A stretch of 64,000 nt of DNA. It comes from Octopus sinensis (lineage: Eukaryota). A model generated the notes under the pieces. That model did not search any database. It had not been told where the DNA came from and saw nothing but the letters and a program-made list of their open reading frames with translations. Where the stretch lies: NCBI RefSeq assembly GCF_006345805.1, contig NC_043013.1, forward strand, positions 31,992,001 to 32,056,000. Direction: 5' to 3'. Position numbers and translations under genes: made by a program. Positions 13,278 to 27,842 of this stretch are shown here, piece by piece; within the stretch, counting starts at the first letter, position 1; each line of letters starts with the position of its first letter.

Positions 13278-14133
13278 TGTGTATATATATATATATATTA
13301 TATATATATATATATATAAATACATACACTTATATAAATGTACATATGCATGTTTGTAGACAGAAGGAGTTAGCAGGAAAGAGGCATGGTAGACTCATTG
13401 TTTACGAGACTCATCAATATTATTTCTGCAACACCAGAAAAAGAAAATGGAGTCTGGAAGAAAACATACGAAAATCCACTAAGTAAGAGATATAAGTTTG
13501 ATGCGTTCAGTATGTAGGACATGTGCGCATTTATTACTTTAGTTTAATGAAAAGAGATTCGAATTGAATTCGAGAACATAATACCCCATATTTCTAAAGG
13601 CTTTTCTTCCCGACACATGACATATTTATCGTTACTTCTCTGATATAAATGCATGATACTATTACACAACAGAGACTACTTCGTAGTCTCTCTTACTGGT
13701 CAGAATTTATGGGCTTGATGACACTGCACCTGATAGTATTGATAATTTTCTTCATTTTCAAACGTCAAGATTCCAATTTCCATGAGCCTGGTCCTGTCAG
13801 ATTTGATAATTTTCGTAATCTTGTACATATCAAAAATTTCATTTTTGATATGGCCACACGAATCAGAATTGATATGTATCCCGACTTTCGACCTGTTATA
13901 ATGGATATTTTAACATCAATGATACAATAACTAAAGACACTTTATAAGAACTTTCAGTTAGCTCAGAGTTATCAATAATCACGTAAAGTGTCATAATGGC
14001 AGAGCGAATATTATAATACTTGTCTCTCTTGCTTCTACAGCTTTGAATTTCTATGTTGTGTCTGGCGCCTCTGATACTTCCAATTCCATTTCAATATTTG
14101 ATGGAACAGCATATGAATTTTGAAGGAGAGACA

Positions 14134-14190
<57 letters not shown>

Positions 14191-14281
14191 TGAATGTATA
14201 TACATATATTTATATATAGAGAGAAATCGTTCATTTATACGTGCGTGTGTGTGTATGCATGTATGCGTGTACGTAAGCATA

Positions 14282-14326
<45 letters not shown>

Positions 14327-14382
14327 CATATGTAGATAGATAGATTTATAGATATGTGTGTACATACGTACATACAGAGGGC

Positions 14383-14543
14383 AGGAGGAGGAGGAGCAGG
14401 AGGAGGAGAAGAAGAAGAAGAGAAGAAGAAGAAGAAGAAGAAGAAGAAGAAGAAGAAGAAGAAGAAGAAGAAGAAGAAGAGAAGAAAAAGAAGAAGAAGA
14501 GAAGAAGAAGAAGAAGAAGAAGAAGAAAGAAGAAGAAGAAGAA
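14383..14543. repeat. (GGA)n/(GAA)n purine microsatellite
   Basis: Seen directly; it explains the poly-E/K/R ORFs. Confidence 0.95.
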
Positions 14544-14914
14544 ATGGACGAAGTGAAAAGTGTCAATGTAATTGACGATTCATGTATATCGTTGGACAGT
14601 TTTCAGTTCCAATATTAAATCCACTTTGACAATAATCACTCCTTAATTACATATAACTGTAATAGCGGGATTGAAATAAAATGGTGGCTACTCTTTTTAA
14701 TTTACCTTTGTATAATAATACTATTTATTTCATTCGCCCAGAAGTAACGATATGCCATATTTGATTCAGTACAACTTCAACACTGAAAGTTTCATAGATA
14801 TATTTTGCCTCTCTACATTGTCAGTTGATCTGGCCTAGATCTTCCCTTTTACACAAATATGATTCCACAAACTTACATGCAGAAACACACGCATGCACAC
14901 GCACACACACACAC

Positions 14915-14950
<36 letters not shown>

Positions 14951-15129
14951 ATATATACATACATACATATATACACGCATATATATAAGCGCATTCATAT
15001 ATGTGTGTTGTGTATACATATATATTAACCATATATATATATTCGTGGTATTGGCTTGGATGGGCTTTTCGACATGCTTTGATTTCTAGAGTTTCTCAAC
15101 TTACTTTGGATTTACTTCTCTTTTATTTT

Positions 15130-15310
15130 TTTACTTGTTTCAGTTACTTGACAGCAGCCATGCTGGATCACCACCTTTAGTCGAAGAAATAGACCTCACA
15201 ATTTATTCTTTGCCAGCATAATATATATTTTATCGGTCCCGGTTTTCGAACCGCTAAGTTTCGGAGACTTGAACACACACGAAGGTAAGGGGACAAACAC
15301 AGACATACAA
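15130..15310 (-). mobile_element. SINE family B tail half
   Basis: Contains ttgtttcagtta...tttagtcgaagaaat...cttattc...ccgctaagtt, homologous to the family B 3' half. Confidence 0.7.
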
Positions 15311-15379
15311 ATACATGCATATATATATGTATGTGTGTGTGTGTGTGTGTATGTATACATATATATATATATATACACG

Positions 15380-15421
<42 letters not shown>

Positions 15422-15615
15422 ATATATATATAATATATATATATATATATGTATAATGTGAAATAGAAAGATGAATAATCTTGTAGTAGATTAATCAAAA
15501 GTTTAACCGATACCTTAGTAGCAAAAATCACAGCAGTAAACAGCACGGTTGGAGGTACAACCATATGGTGTTGCAACCGTGCGTTGGTGCGGATAATTGA
15601 AATTAAAACATTATT

Positions 15616-16271
15616 GGTGAATTGAAGAAATGGAGCTGAACGCAGATTGAACAGAAATCGTTTTATTTCATTCTACACGTGTTTCGAAAGGCACAAATTA
15701 CCAAAATCCGATTGAATAATGGGACCATATTGTGTCTTTCTCTTCAGGAAGAAAATAGGAAATCCATTGGAAAAACAAAAACAGAACAGAGGCGGAGCAA
15801 AAACAAATCGAACTATGCTCCTAAGAGCCCATGGCGAAACTGTTTATCAGTGTATGTTGAGAACCGGTGGCTGAAGAATTTAACGGGTCAGGCATCGGTC
15901 AACCATGTGAGTGAGGGTGTGTTTTCTGCCACCCAATCGACCCCAGGACTTATTCTTTGTAAACCCAGTACTTATTCTATCGGTCTCTTTTGCCGAACCG
16001 CTAAGTGACCTGGACGTACACACACCAGCATCGTTTGGCAAGCAATGCTAGGGGGACAAACACAGACAGACAAACACACACACACATACATATATATATA
16101 TACATATATACGACAGGCTTCTTTCAGTTTCCGTCCACCAAATCCACTCACAAGGCATTGGTCGGCCCGGGGCTATAGCAGAAGACACTTGCCCAAGATG
16201 CCACGCAGTGGGACTAAACCCGGAACCATGTGGTTGGTTAGCAAGCTACTTACCACACAGCCACTCCTGCG

Positions 16272-16352
<81 letters not shown>

Positions 16353-16355
16353 ATA

Positions 16356-16413
<58 letters not shown>

Positions 16414-16742
16414 ATATATATATATATACATATATAGGTGAATTGAAGAAATGGAGCTGAACGCAGATTGAGCAGAAATCGTTTTATTTCATTCTACACG
16501 TGTTTCGAAAGGCACAAATTACCAAAATCCGATTGAATAATGGGACCATATTGTGTCTTTCTCTTCAGGAAGAAAATAGGAAATCCGTTGGAAAAACAAA
16601 AACAGAACAGAGGCGGAGCAAAAACAAATCGAACTATGCTCCTAAGAGCCCATGGCGAAACTGTTTATCAGTGTATGTTGAGAACCGGTGGCTGAAGAAT
16701 TTAACGGGTCAGGCATCGGTCAACCATGTGAGTGAGGGTGTG
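15616..16742 (+). repeat. 306-bp near-identical direct duplication (15616-15921 and 16437-16742) separated by a SINE-B and a TA array
   Basis: The two copies differ at only about 2 substitutions (attgaacag/attgagcag; tccattgg/tccgttgg). Confidence 0.95.
15925..16275 (-). mobile_element. SINE family B, near full length
   Basis: Reverse complement of ggcgcaggagtggctgtgtggtaag...ggttccgggtttagtcccactgcgtggca..., followed by the tail. Confidence 0.9.
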
Positions 16743-17021
16743 TGGGTGTTCTTTGTGACCGAGAATAAAGTTCTGACTATTTAAGGAATATTGGATGTTT
16801 TATAAGGGGCGAGAAAAAATCTACTTAGAGACGTGTGTGTGTGTATACTGTTCTATATATGTGTGTGTTGGCGTAGGGGTAGAAAACATTTTTTGTGTAC
16901 GTGTGTGCGTTTGATCGTTCGGCTGTCAGTGGCTACTGCCGCGAGAACCGTTGGGTGGCAGAAAAAAAATATATATATATTATGTTTTATGTGTGTGTGT
17001 GTTCATCTAAGCCTTCAGAAT

Positions 17022-17294
17022 TTGTTACCAAGGGCTATGGGTGCCGGTATTATTTATAAACGCTATTTAAAAGCCAGATAAGTGTATTTTGTCGGTGGCC
17101 CTCCCATTTGATAGGGGCAGAAGGCAGTGCAACCTTTGTGTCTCCGAACTCTTCCATATTTTGTTTGCCAGAGGCCGGATGGTAAACGGGCTTTTACAGT
17201 CGGCTTTTCGATGCCCCCATTGGCGGCGTTACACTTATCTGGCTTTTAAATAGCGTTTATAAATAATACCGGCACCCATAGCCCTTGGTAACAA
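17022..17294. mobile_element. MITE-like element with perfect 65-bp terminal inverted repeats
   Basis: 17022-17086 (ttgttaccaagggctatggg...gataagtgta) is the exact reverse complement of 17230-17294, with a 143-bp non-coding core. No TSD recognised. Confidence 0.8.
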
Positions 17295-17588
17295 TGCCTT
17301 GTGAGTGGATTTCGTGGACGGAAACTGAAAGAAGCCTGTCGTATATATGTATATATATATATGTATGTGTGTGTGTGTTTGTCTGTCTGTGTTTGTCCCC
17401 CTAGCATTGCTTGCCAAACGATGCTGGTGTGTGTACGTCCAGGTCACTTAGCGGTTCGGCAAAAGAGACCGATAGAATAAGTACTGGGTTTACAAAGAAT
17501 AAGTCCTGGGGTCGATTTGCTCGACTAAAGGCCGTGCTCCAGCATGGCCGCAGTCAAATGACTGAAACAAGTAAAAGAGTAAAGAGAG

Positions 17589-17590
<2 letters not shown>
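17295..17590 (+). mobile_element. SINE family B lacking its 5' head (replaced by the MITE)
   Basis: Begins at gccttgtgagtggattt and continues through the internal microsatellite and complete tail. Confidence 0.85.
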
Positions 17591-17661
<71 letters not shown>

Positions 17662-17674
17662 GGGCATAGTATAG

Positions 17675-17790
17675 CAAAAGCCCGAGGCTACACTAAAAGA
17701 CACGTGCCCACGGTGCCACGCAGTGGGACTGAACCCGGAGTCATATGATTGGGAAGCAAAATTCTTACCACACAGCCATTCCTGAGCCTG
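17675..17790 (-). mobile_element. SINE family B head fragment
   Basis: Contains gtgccacgcagtgggactgaacccgg...cttaccacacagcca. Confidence 0.75.
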
Positions 17791-18829
17791 TGTGAATATC
17801 GATGTAAAAACTCTATAATGCCTTCATAATTTCATCCCTCTGTGGCGTCTGAAGCTGCTGGCTTCCAGTCAGATGACAATCTAAGCACTTCCCTGATTCT
17901 TTAAACACGAATTTTGAAAACACGCTCCAGTAGGATCATGTCAATCTGGATTTCTTCCATAGTACAAATACATAATTACTACGCATATTGGAACAATAAT
18001 AACGTACTCTCTCCTAAACAAGAGCACGTAACTAAAACCTCAAAATCCTCATCAATATTAAGTTTAACGTGCACTCTGCTCTGAAGATCTCTGTTGGTGA
18101 ACGTACATCATGAACATAGCACCGCAAAAATTGATATTCCTGTTGGAATGCGCGACATTCTTAAACCTCAATAACTAAAAATCTCCCCATTGATTTGTTC
18201 CCACATTTCAGAGGATGCACTTGTCATACACAGGCGCCTTACATAGCGCATAGGAAGCCAATAGACTGAAACATCCTCACCAACGCACTTCAATATTTGT
18301 TCACAGATTTGCTAACCCTTATATTTGTTTGCTTTGTGGCTTTACAGCCTTGCAATACCTTCAATCAGGAAATTCTATCTGCTTCACTATTTCATTCTTT
18401 TTTTTCATATATTATACCCACCGACCAAAATTTTCCATCACTAACGACCACATATATCTTATCTCCTCCGAAACCTTGACCCACAGACACATCCACTTTA
18501 TGTATTTAGTGGGCGTTTTATTTCCATTTTCAATATGAATATAAACCACTAGATCCACTAGTTTCGGGGGATTTAGGAATATCAAGAGCACGGACCCAGC
18601 TTACAAACAAATATTTTAAAATGAAAATTACATAGAGGAATTATCTATTTCACAGTGTTACACATTTGATAAAAATGATAATGATGTGTGTATGTGTGTT
18701 TATGTATGTATGCATGTATACATGTATGTATTATAACATAGGTTAGTTTGGGTAATATCAGCATGGAATTCCATTAGATATAGTCAAGCAGAAAATTCAG
18801 ATATTAGAACCTCTCAATATACTGGTTTT

Positions 18830-19055
18830 AAATTTGAGCACAAGAGCAGCCGTTTCGAAGCACAACACCAGCAGTTTCGAGGCACAAGGGCAGCAACTCG
18901 ATTGCATCGACTCCGGTACACAACTGGTCTTATTTCGTCGACTTCGAAAGGACGCAAAGCAATGTCAACCTCGGCAGAATTTGGACGAAAAGACGGACGA
19001 AACGCTGCTAAACATTTTACCCGGTATGCTAATGATTCTGCAAATCTCGGCGCCT
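18830..19055 (-). mobile_element. Diverged SINE family A variant
   Basis: Contains caactggtcttattt...acctcggcagaatttg...gacgaaacgctgctaaacattt, homologous to the family A reverse complement. Confidence 0.7.
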
Positions 19056-19347
19056 TAGAAACAATTGATATATTTCCTAATTACCAATGGTTCTTATGAT
19101 TCGAGATATTAACTAAAAATAGGTATTACAGAGTCTTTCGGACACTGATAGCATAGAACATCTTATAATCCACACTGATTAACTCCAGTGTTAAGGTACC
19201 TGATTTTCCTTTTATTATTTAAGGAGATTTAATATTTCTTTCATTTAACATGTGTAGACTAATGTGACAGCCCTTGATTCAGGAAGAAACAGTAATCCGG
19301 AAAGATACTGGAACTGCACATTCCGGAAAATCGATGCTGTACTTATG

Positions 19348-19414
<67 letters not shown>

Positions 19415-21698
19415 CCTTACATTATATCTTTCCTGCTGGTCTATTTCAGTTAAATTTCGTATATGGAAACTGCTTTTGCATTTGAGAGCGTGCTTATGTA
19501 TATGTGGGTGTGTGTATGTGTGCGTGCGTAGACGTGTACGTATGCGAGTGCATGTTGATGTGTGTGTATTTGTGTATATGTCTGTTCTTGAGTATTTACA
19601 ATTTCGCATCAGCATATGTTTGTATTTCTGTTTTTTCTACCAAGCCCACAGTAAAAAGCCCATGTTATACATAATAACGCAATCACTTGGTAAATATCGA
19701 TAAAATGGGTACTGGACAGAAAGCAATGTCTAAGCATGGCTGCAATTCAATGACTAAAATATTTTTTTAAATAAAACTTGAGGAATGACAGAACAGAATG
19801 CGAGGTTATATTTTAATTTCAATAACACACACTGAAGGGAGCTAATATCAGTTACTAACATCGATTCGTATCACTTAAGAACAAAGTCTAATGATGAAAG
19901 AAGAAAGCAAGTGGTATGATGTAATGGATGTGCATTTCCTACACATATAACTGATTGATGTTAAAGAGATTTTTAACATTAAGAATAAAATTAAATGAAT
20001 TCTCCTGAGTAGTGGACTTAGTAAATCACTCGAGTTTAACACGGCTCATTGATATATTTGGTGGGAGTGTTCAGTGTTCTAGGTGAAGTCACGGAGGTCT
20101 CATTCGAGCCACTGGCACCAGCCTTCTTTTCTTGTTAAGACACAAAAAACAAATTTAATAAGACTAAAAATAATATGTGCCGTAGTCAAAAGTAAACAGA
20201 ACCTTAGATCTTGTTGTACAGTACCTGGAACTTTAATGGTTAATATAGATTTCTTATCTACCAAGAATATGTCATCACTAATAGTAAGAGTGAAAAGGAA
20301 AAATGTAATGTTAATGCTTTTCTCAGATTAGTCGAAGTGAAATAAAATATGTTTAAATGTGTATCAAATTTGCTTCATAGTCCCGCTAGGTTTAAAATAT
20401 GTCGCTTATATATTGGATCGTCTCTCTTGATAACATTTTGCTTCTAAGTGTAAAAGTTGTTTCACTTCAATTCCTGTTAATAACAATGAAAATATCGCAA
20501 ACGCTTCAGTTGCTGTCGTATAATATAAGGATTTGTGTAATGTAAAAATAGATTACATAGTGTAATCAACATTTATTGGTTTAGAAATACACTTACTATT
20601 TGATAGTATTAAGTGAAAAAATTTTGAAATTTTATCCACACAAAATTATATATATTGCTGTAAGGTAACATTCGTGGAAAGCTGAAATTCATAAAGTGAT
20701 TGGTGAATATTATAGGTCGTGCTATTCTCAAATATATTGACACAAGGCGACAAAATGCTTCAAGTATGGATAGAGTTATATCTAATTTATTGTCTGCTCT
20801 GTCTCAAGAAATAGTATCCTTTTTTAATAATCACAGAACTTGAATTTTGAAAGAGATAGTGTAAAGATGATTGAATCCGCTCAATTATATTATCGATATC
20901 TTATGGATCTTCAAGAAGAATGGAATTAAATACGTTCGCTGCAGACACATTGAAGTGCTGATGATAGAATAGCTATCTCTACCCTATTCAATCGACAGTT
21001 CGAGATTTCTCTTCAAATTTACAATACGAGATTGACAAATGTTAAAGGTATCTATAAAAGAAAACTGAAAAACGAAAATCAAAATCCTCTCGGTATTTAT
21101 AATCATTTTCCTGGTGCTTTCCGACGTGGATTTCTTTGAGATTTTCCTACCAGAAGTAATAAAACTTATCTAACTCTATATATCTTCAAGTGATTTCTCA
21201 TTTACTATTTATCACATAATTACGATATTAAAGTCTCCATCCATTTCTTCATATCTTTTATGACTCTAATACACACAAATACACAATTTGATATAAATAT
21301 ATTCCCAACGATCTTTTATAAAGTGAAACCATTTCATTAGGAGTACATGGTGCCCAAAGGTTGACGTAAAAATATTTGATTGCTAATTTGTTTTACTTTA
21401 TATTTTTTTTTTCGTTCACATATTTTATAGCTTATTCTTGAGTCAATAAAAAGACAATTCCGTTCTATAAATATGTTTCTGCTACAGTAAAAATAACATA
21501 AATGCCGTTGTCTCTTCTGACACTTCATTTAAATATTTATTCATTGAAGTATTTATAACGATTAATGGGCTTTATGTCCGAGTCGCATTTAGATAAGAAA
21601 ATTAAATTCATACACACGATTTGGTTCATATATATGTAAGTGTTTATGGTGTATTCATGGATGTTAGTGTTCACGCCCAAGTGCGTATGTCTTGATAC

Positions 21699-21826
<128 letters not shown>

Positions 21827-21898
21827 TATATATATTAAATATATATATATATGTACATATATATAATAAATATATATATATGTACATATATGTATTAA

Positions 21899-21930
<32 letters not shown>

Positions 21931-22744
21931 TATACATGTATATTAAATATATTATTCTTTAAGTCATGAATAAACATAAAATCCAGTTTTATTACTAATT
22001 AATATGCGCGGAGTACAATTATTAAAGAAATCAATTCAACACAATATATGTTTATTGCAATAGATGATTTTCGTCAACGGAATCTTCCTCGTTGTGCCTA
22101 CAAGTTTGTCGTATGTTTGATGAACCATATAATGATGCAGCCTAGCATTATATTAGGAAGTCAAAGCGACGAAATTAATGTCATTAACTGTAATGATTTG
22201 ATAGATAACCTACATACATACATACATACATACATATATACATACATACATACATACATACATACATACATACATAGACTCAGACACACGCACACATACA
22301 CATTCACACATACATATTAAAAGTAACTCCATGAGCTTGTATCAATGTATGTGTGTGGTAGTGTATATCGATACTTCGAAGTATGATTGTGTGGTCGAAA
22401 TTTCTATTCATGAAAATAGCTTTTGAAATTTCAAGAATTGGCTATGTATTTTTTTTTTTCAGAAATAACGAAAATACCTCTAGGAAAATTATGTTCTTTG
22501 GTTAGAAATCACGACTTATTGCTCTAAACTTTTCATTGATTATCAAACACAAAATCAAAATGGATGACTGAATATGACAGCAGGAAGAGGTGGAATACTA
22601 ACATATAAATATTCAGTACATAGGTGACACGGCTAAATACGCGTTATTTATATGAAAAGGAAAGAGGTTAGTAGAATATAGACATACACCCAAACACTCA
22701 AATATATATGTACATAAATATTTGACTCGTGTCCTAGGTCTCAC

Positions 22745-22930
22745 CGTCCGGTTACCTGGTTTCCAAGGCGTCTAAGTTGCTGGGATTACAACATCTCCCA
22801 TGAACGGGATGCCAGCCCAAAGCAGCATTATTCATTTACAGCTGAATGGACCTGACCAACGTGAAATGCAGTGTTTTGCTCAAGAACACTAAACACCACC
22901 CGCTCGGGGAATTGAAACCATGATGAAGCG
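22745..22930 (-). mobile_element. Diverged SINE family D fragment
   Basis: cattta-cagctgaatggac...caacgtgaaatg...ttgctcaagaacac matches the central domain of 40497-40825 in reverse. Confidence 0.6.
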
Positions 22931-22974
22931 ATTTTGAATGCAACATCCAAACTTAATATATACATATATATATA

Positions 22975-23370
22975 GGCGTAGGAGTGGCTGTGTGGTAAGT
23001 AGCTTGCTTACCAACCACGTGGTTCCTGGTTCAATCCCACTGCGTGGCACCTTCGGCAAGTGTCTTCTACTATAGCCTCGGGCCGACCATAGCCTTGTGA
23101 GTGGATTTGGTAGATGGAAACTGAAAGAAGCCTGTCGTATACATGTATATGTATATATATGTATATGTGTGTGTGTGTTCCCCCAACATCGCTTGACAAC
23201 CGATGCTGGTTTGTTCACGTCCTCGTCACTTAGCGGTTCGGCAAAAGAGTCCCATAGAATAAGTACTACGCTTACAAAGAATAAGTCCTAGGGGTCGATT
23301 TGTTCGACTAAAGGCGGTGCTCCAGCATGGCCACAGTCAAATGACTGAAACAAGTAAAAGAGATAAAGAG
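22975..23370 (+). mobile_element. SINE family B, full length (reference copy)
   Basis: Pol III A-box-like TGGCTGTGTGG and B-box-like GGTTCAATCCC, internal (TA)n(TG)n, and tail ending gactgaaacaagtaaaagag. Confidence 0.9.
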
Positions 23371-24837
23371 AATATATCTACGCGTGTGCTTCTGTATTTT
23401 CATGTCTGTTCATTGTTCCTTCTATGTAAATCTTATGTAAATGAATTCCTTTATGTTTCAATAAACGATGTTTTCATTTTGTATACTTGTTTAGTTAGCA
23501 ATTGCCACTGAATTTGAACGTTCATTTCTGACAACATATCATTGATTTCTTATCTGGATCTCATTTGTTAGATGCTACTCTGTTCTATTCGCTGTCAAGA
23601 ATTACTGAAAATTAATACTTTTATTTTCGATTGGAAACAAGTTATGCAACTTACCAGCAACATATTCTTATATGTTAATATTGCTATATTTATTCTTATT
23701 TAAATACAAGTGATTTTTGTATTTACTTAGGGTATAATATACATGCCCTCAATCTTTTTTGGCGTGATTTTTTAAACTTTTATTTGACTTCCTGTAACAA
23801 TTGGGAATAAGAGATTAATGCTATATTCTAAAATAATTATATCTACTATATAATTTTCTCATATGTTATTCGACGCTTAACAAATATGTATGTTTGCAAC
23901 AAGGATAGTTATAAACTAAAAGAAAATCTGTGCAACAAAATACGTGTAATTATCTCATGCTATTATAGGGTTATGAAATGAGAAGGAAGAAAAAACATTC
24001 ATTTACTTAATGTGATATAATATAAATGGATGATTTATTTCTTGTGACGAACTGAGAAATTTATCTGACAGGTAATTTATAATAAACTGCTCTAGGAAGG
24101 CGACTTTGTGATAAATTTTGTATTCTTTTCTCAATTATGTATTCATGTGTTCAGTCGGAGTTGACGAAGTTGAAAACCGCTGGAATATGTATATTTTTCC
24201 GATTTATGACGTACATATTTAATCAATTTGAATAAGAAAATACATAAAGAGCAAACATAATTTATTCGATTGAAAATACGTCAAGAATTTTCATTTTTGA
24301 TTCAAAAACACATTTTATTAGCAAATAAAATATGTTTTATCTTTGTGAAAATGCTGACGTATGATTAAGCAAAACAATGTTGTAGAAAATATTCATGTTG
24401 TACTCTTTTCAAAGATTATATTACATGATTTAATAAAGCAAATTATTAAAACGTTTTTCAAAGTAAACTTTTATCTAAAAATACATGAAACATCAGTTAA
24501 TTTATTGTTATGACGAATTGATGTACAGGATCTTGTTTAATAGGAGGTTCCTCAGAGCAGCAAAGTGGTTGAAAGTATTGTGGAACAGCTTAAATCAATT
24601 TCATTATAGGCAATAGTTATAAGAATAGATGCAACTGAGCCTGCACATCTAACTTTGATATGTAGCTATACTATATGTATACTATATGTATTTTGTACTA
24701 TTTATTATTGTGGATGAATAGAAGCAGAAGAAAGTACACCTAGTTGAAATCTAAGTGGTATATACTGCATGATTTTCCAAAAATAGATGTACAAGAAGTA
24801 TGAGAAAAATGCAACAGTCGCACGATAACAATATATT

Positions 24838-25056
24838 TATATTGGTTTCAAATCATGGCATAGGGCCAGCAATTCCAAGGGAGGGGTTAAGTCGATTACA
24901 TCGTTCCCAGTGCTCAACTGGTACTCATTTTATCGACCCCGAAAGGATGAAAGGCATCGATGACCACGGCAGAATCTGAACTCACATCATAAAGACGGAC
25001 GAAATGCCGCTAAGCAATTTCTCGGCGTGCTAACCATTCTGCCAGCTCGCAGCCCT
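24838..25056 (-). mobile_element. SINE family A variant
   Basis: Contains taagtcgattacatcg...ggtactcattttatcgaccccgaaaggatgaaagg...gccagctcg. Confidence 0.8.
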
Positions 25057-26561
25057 ACAAGATATCAATGTTAGCGCAAAAACAGTGGAGCAATCTTCGT
25101 TGTTTTGACATTTACCAAAACTAAAGGGAACAGTTTAATAATTTAATGCTAGATGTGCTTTACAATTGAAAACACTCGTAGAATTCTATACCTTTACAAA
25201 GCATTAAGCGATATGCATACCACTAACGGAAGCCAATCTCTCAAGAAACATATTAGGTGTAGGAAAACAAACATCATGCTATGTCGATTCATATGCCGAC
25301 TGAAAATAATTAAAAGTAGGGATTCCATGTTCATTCATAACGATGTCAAAGCTTCAATGTCGTCATATCAACAGCAAATGTAAAGCAACTTTACTTAGTG
25401 ATGTAAATGGTGTAACGCCCACCGCACTACTCTGCTCATTTCCGCTTTCTACACTTAAACAGTCGCTCACGAAGACAGATTGAATGAAGCGCTGCATCAA
25501 CACGCCAATCTAATTCCAAAATCAGATATCCAGAGACCACGTTGTCGTGTGAATGTCATATTATGACTATGGACAAGTAGATTCTTTACTTCATTTCATA
25601 TGTATCTTGTTCATGTGGCAAATATTATGTTGCGCAATAAAATGGTATTATAATCTCGATCTATAATTTTCAAATATGTCATCATTATGAAATTCACTCC
25701 AAAGGGGGTTCCGATCGTTGCAGAATTAATGTATGGTATATTGCAGAAAGAAACATGTAACTCAGTATTTCACATGGGACTCCTCAGTTCAGCGAAATGG
25801 AATTTGAAGTAATCTTATTGTAAATTAATAACGAATAAGGTATGCAAGCTGAAATACCTCTGAGTACTCTCAATGGAACGCTAGGTTATGCATATCACAT
25901 GATGAAATACTATTAATGCAAGCTGTGTACATTATGTCCCTGGAGACTAACGATCATATTGTGCAAAGCATCGCACTCGACGAGAGAATAGCTTTCCTTA
26001 TTGAAAATACATCGGTTTCTCACCTCTGAAATGAGCAAAATACGCGCAAAAAGAAAGTCCCTTAAAATTTAATTCATGGAGCTAGATTTAAGCTTAAATA
26101 GCAGCGGGTGTTGTAAAAGAATCTAGTGTTATAGAAAATCTACAAAAAGCAATCTATCTTTGACATAGATAATTCTTAAGAATTGATTGTGTAACAAGTA
26201 AGTCTTAAGATGAAAATTAATATACAGCTTCATAAGAGACTAGTAGATGGTATGGGACTCTCTTGGCGAATCGAATCTGTTGAACAATCATTAGGCGGCA
26301 TACCAGTCTGATGTGCGTGGTAATTGCTTTTAATGAAGCCGACATTTGTGAAGGTATCGAAATATTTTGGAAAATATTCCCTCGTATTTAAAAAAACTTT
26401 ATAGTTTTCAGTTCCATCATGTGTGTAGTTTCTGCTATAGAAATTTGACCTTGATATTTTTCAATTCATTGATAGATTTTTAATCTTTATTTCAACAAGA
26501 ATTTTGTATTTGATGCATGTGGCGTTGAGCACCATCCCTTTCTAGATGGGATTCGCCAGTG

Positions 26562-26595
<34 letters not shown>

Positions 26596-26600
26596 ATATA

Positions 26601-26651
<51 letters not shown>

Positions 26652-27315
26652 AAAGAAGATATTTTGCCTATATGATGAAAGAACACGCCGAATACGTCCT
26701 AACATTTCAAATATTCACTCCACAATTGCTTACACAGGTTGTAAGCTGGAATGCAGGCTGAGTAAAAATTCATAAAACAATTCATTTAGTTTTGGCTTGA
26801 TCAATGACTGGATTAGTTTACCAACTTTTCTTTCATCAGCAAAACACCTTGGGACAAATAAATGAAAATATCCTTATATACCCTAAGAAAAGCATCCGCA
26901 AAATGCGAGTACATATAAATATTCACAAATGTATACGCATCGAATTTCGCAGTCTACCTCAACACGCGTGAATTTAGTCAGTATACTACAGAAGTAAATA
27001 AACTGACCCGAAGTGAATGGGTTATATTTAAAATATAATTAGATGATAAAATCATTAAAATTAATGAATTTTCTCAGTGGCGAGCATATAAAAATATTTT
27101 AGGTAAAATACATTTATAGAGATATATAACTGTATATGGTAATTAAGGGAACAAATCTATTACGCCAATATGCTGAAAATAGCTTTTGCTCCCTTAAATA
27201 TAATTGTACCCTACACAGATAATATATCTCTATAAATGTATTTTACCAAAAAGGTTTTTATGTGCTAGCCACTAATAAAATTCATTATTTTTTATCATTT
27301 TACCCTCTCATTATG

Positions 27316-27369
<54 letters not shown>

Positions 27370-27842
27370 GTCGGGTAGCGTATTTTCTGTCACATTGAAT
27401 TCAGATGCCGGTTAACCACAACGGTCCGTATGTAGTACTCGAGCTAACGATGAGTTCTTAGGTACTGGTAACTTCTCCTGTTGGGTAGTTCCGTGTGATT
27501 TCTTCAGGACTGCATATATTTCGTCGAGCAATTAATAACATTAATAATGATGACGAGAAGAGAGATTTTTCACATCCATAAATTTTATAAAAGTTATTTA
27601 CAACATACTCTCCAACCCAATATGTGTTTTATTGCAGCGACTGCGCATTGTTGGATATAGCACCTTTCACCATCATCGGGGCAGTTTATTTTTAAAACCA
27701 TGTTTCGCTTCACCTTCAACGATAATAAAGGTGAACCCCAGGTCAACATTCCTATCACTATTAATAGTAACACCCCTACCCTCCACTAAACACCAACAAA
27801 AAGACACTTTATTCATCCAGTTTACTTCGAAACGGTTTAGTG

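Noticed and set aside
13649-13930. 93-aa ORF with a hydrophobic stretch
   Set aside because: No recognisable domain, splice context or repeat support; the length is compatible with chance.
22975-23060. tRNA-like heads (also at 40500, 46000 and elsewhere) as tRNA genes
   Set aside because: A and B boxes are present, but there is no full cloverleaf and they continue into SINE bodies.
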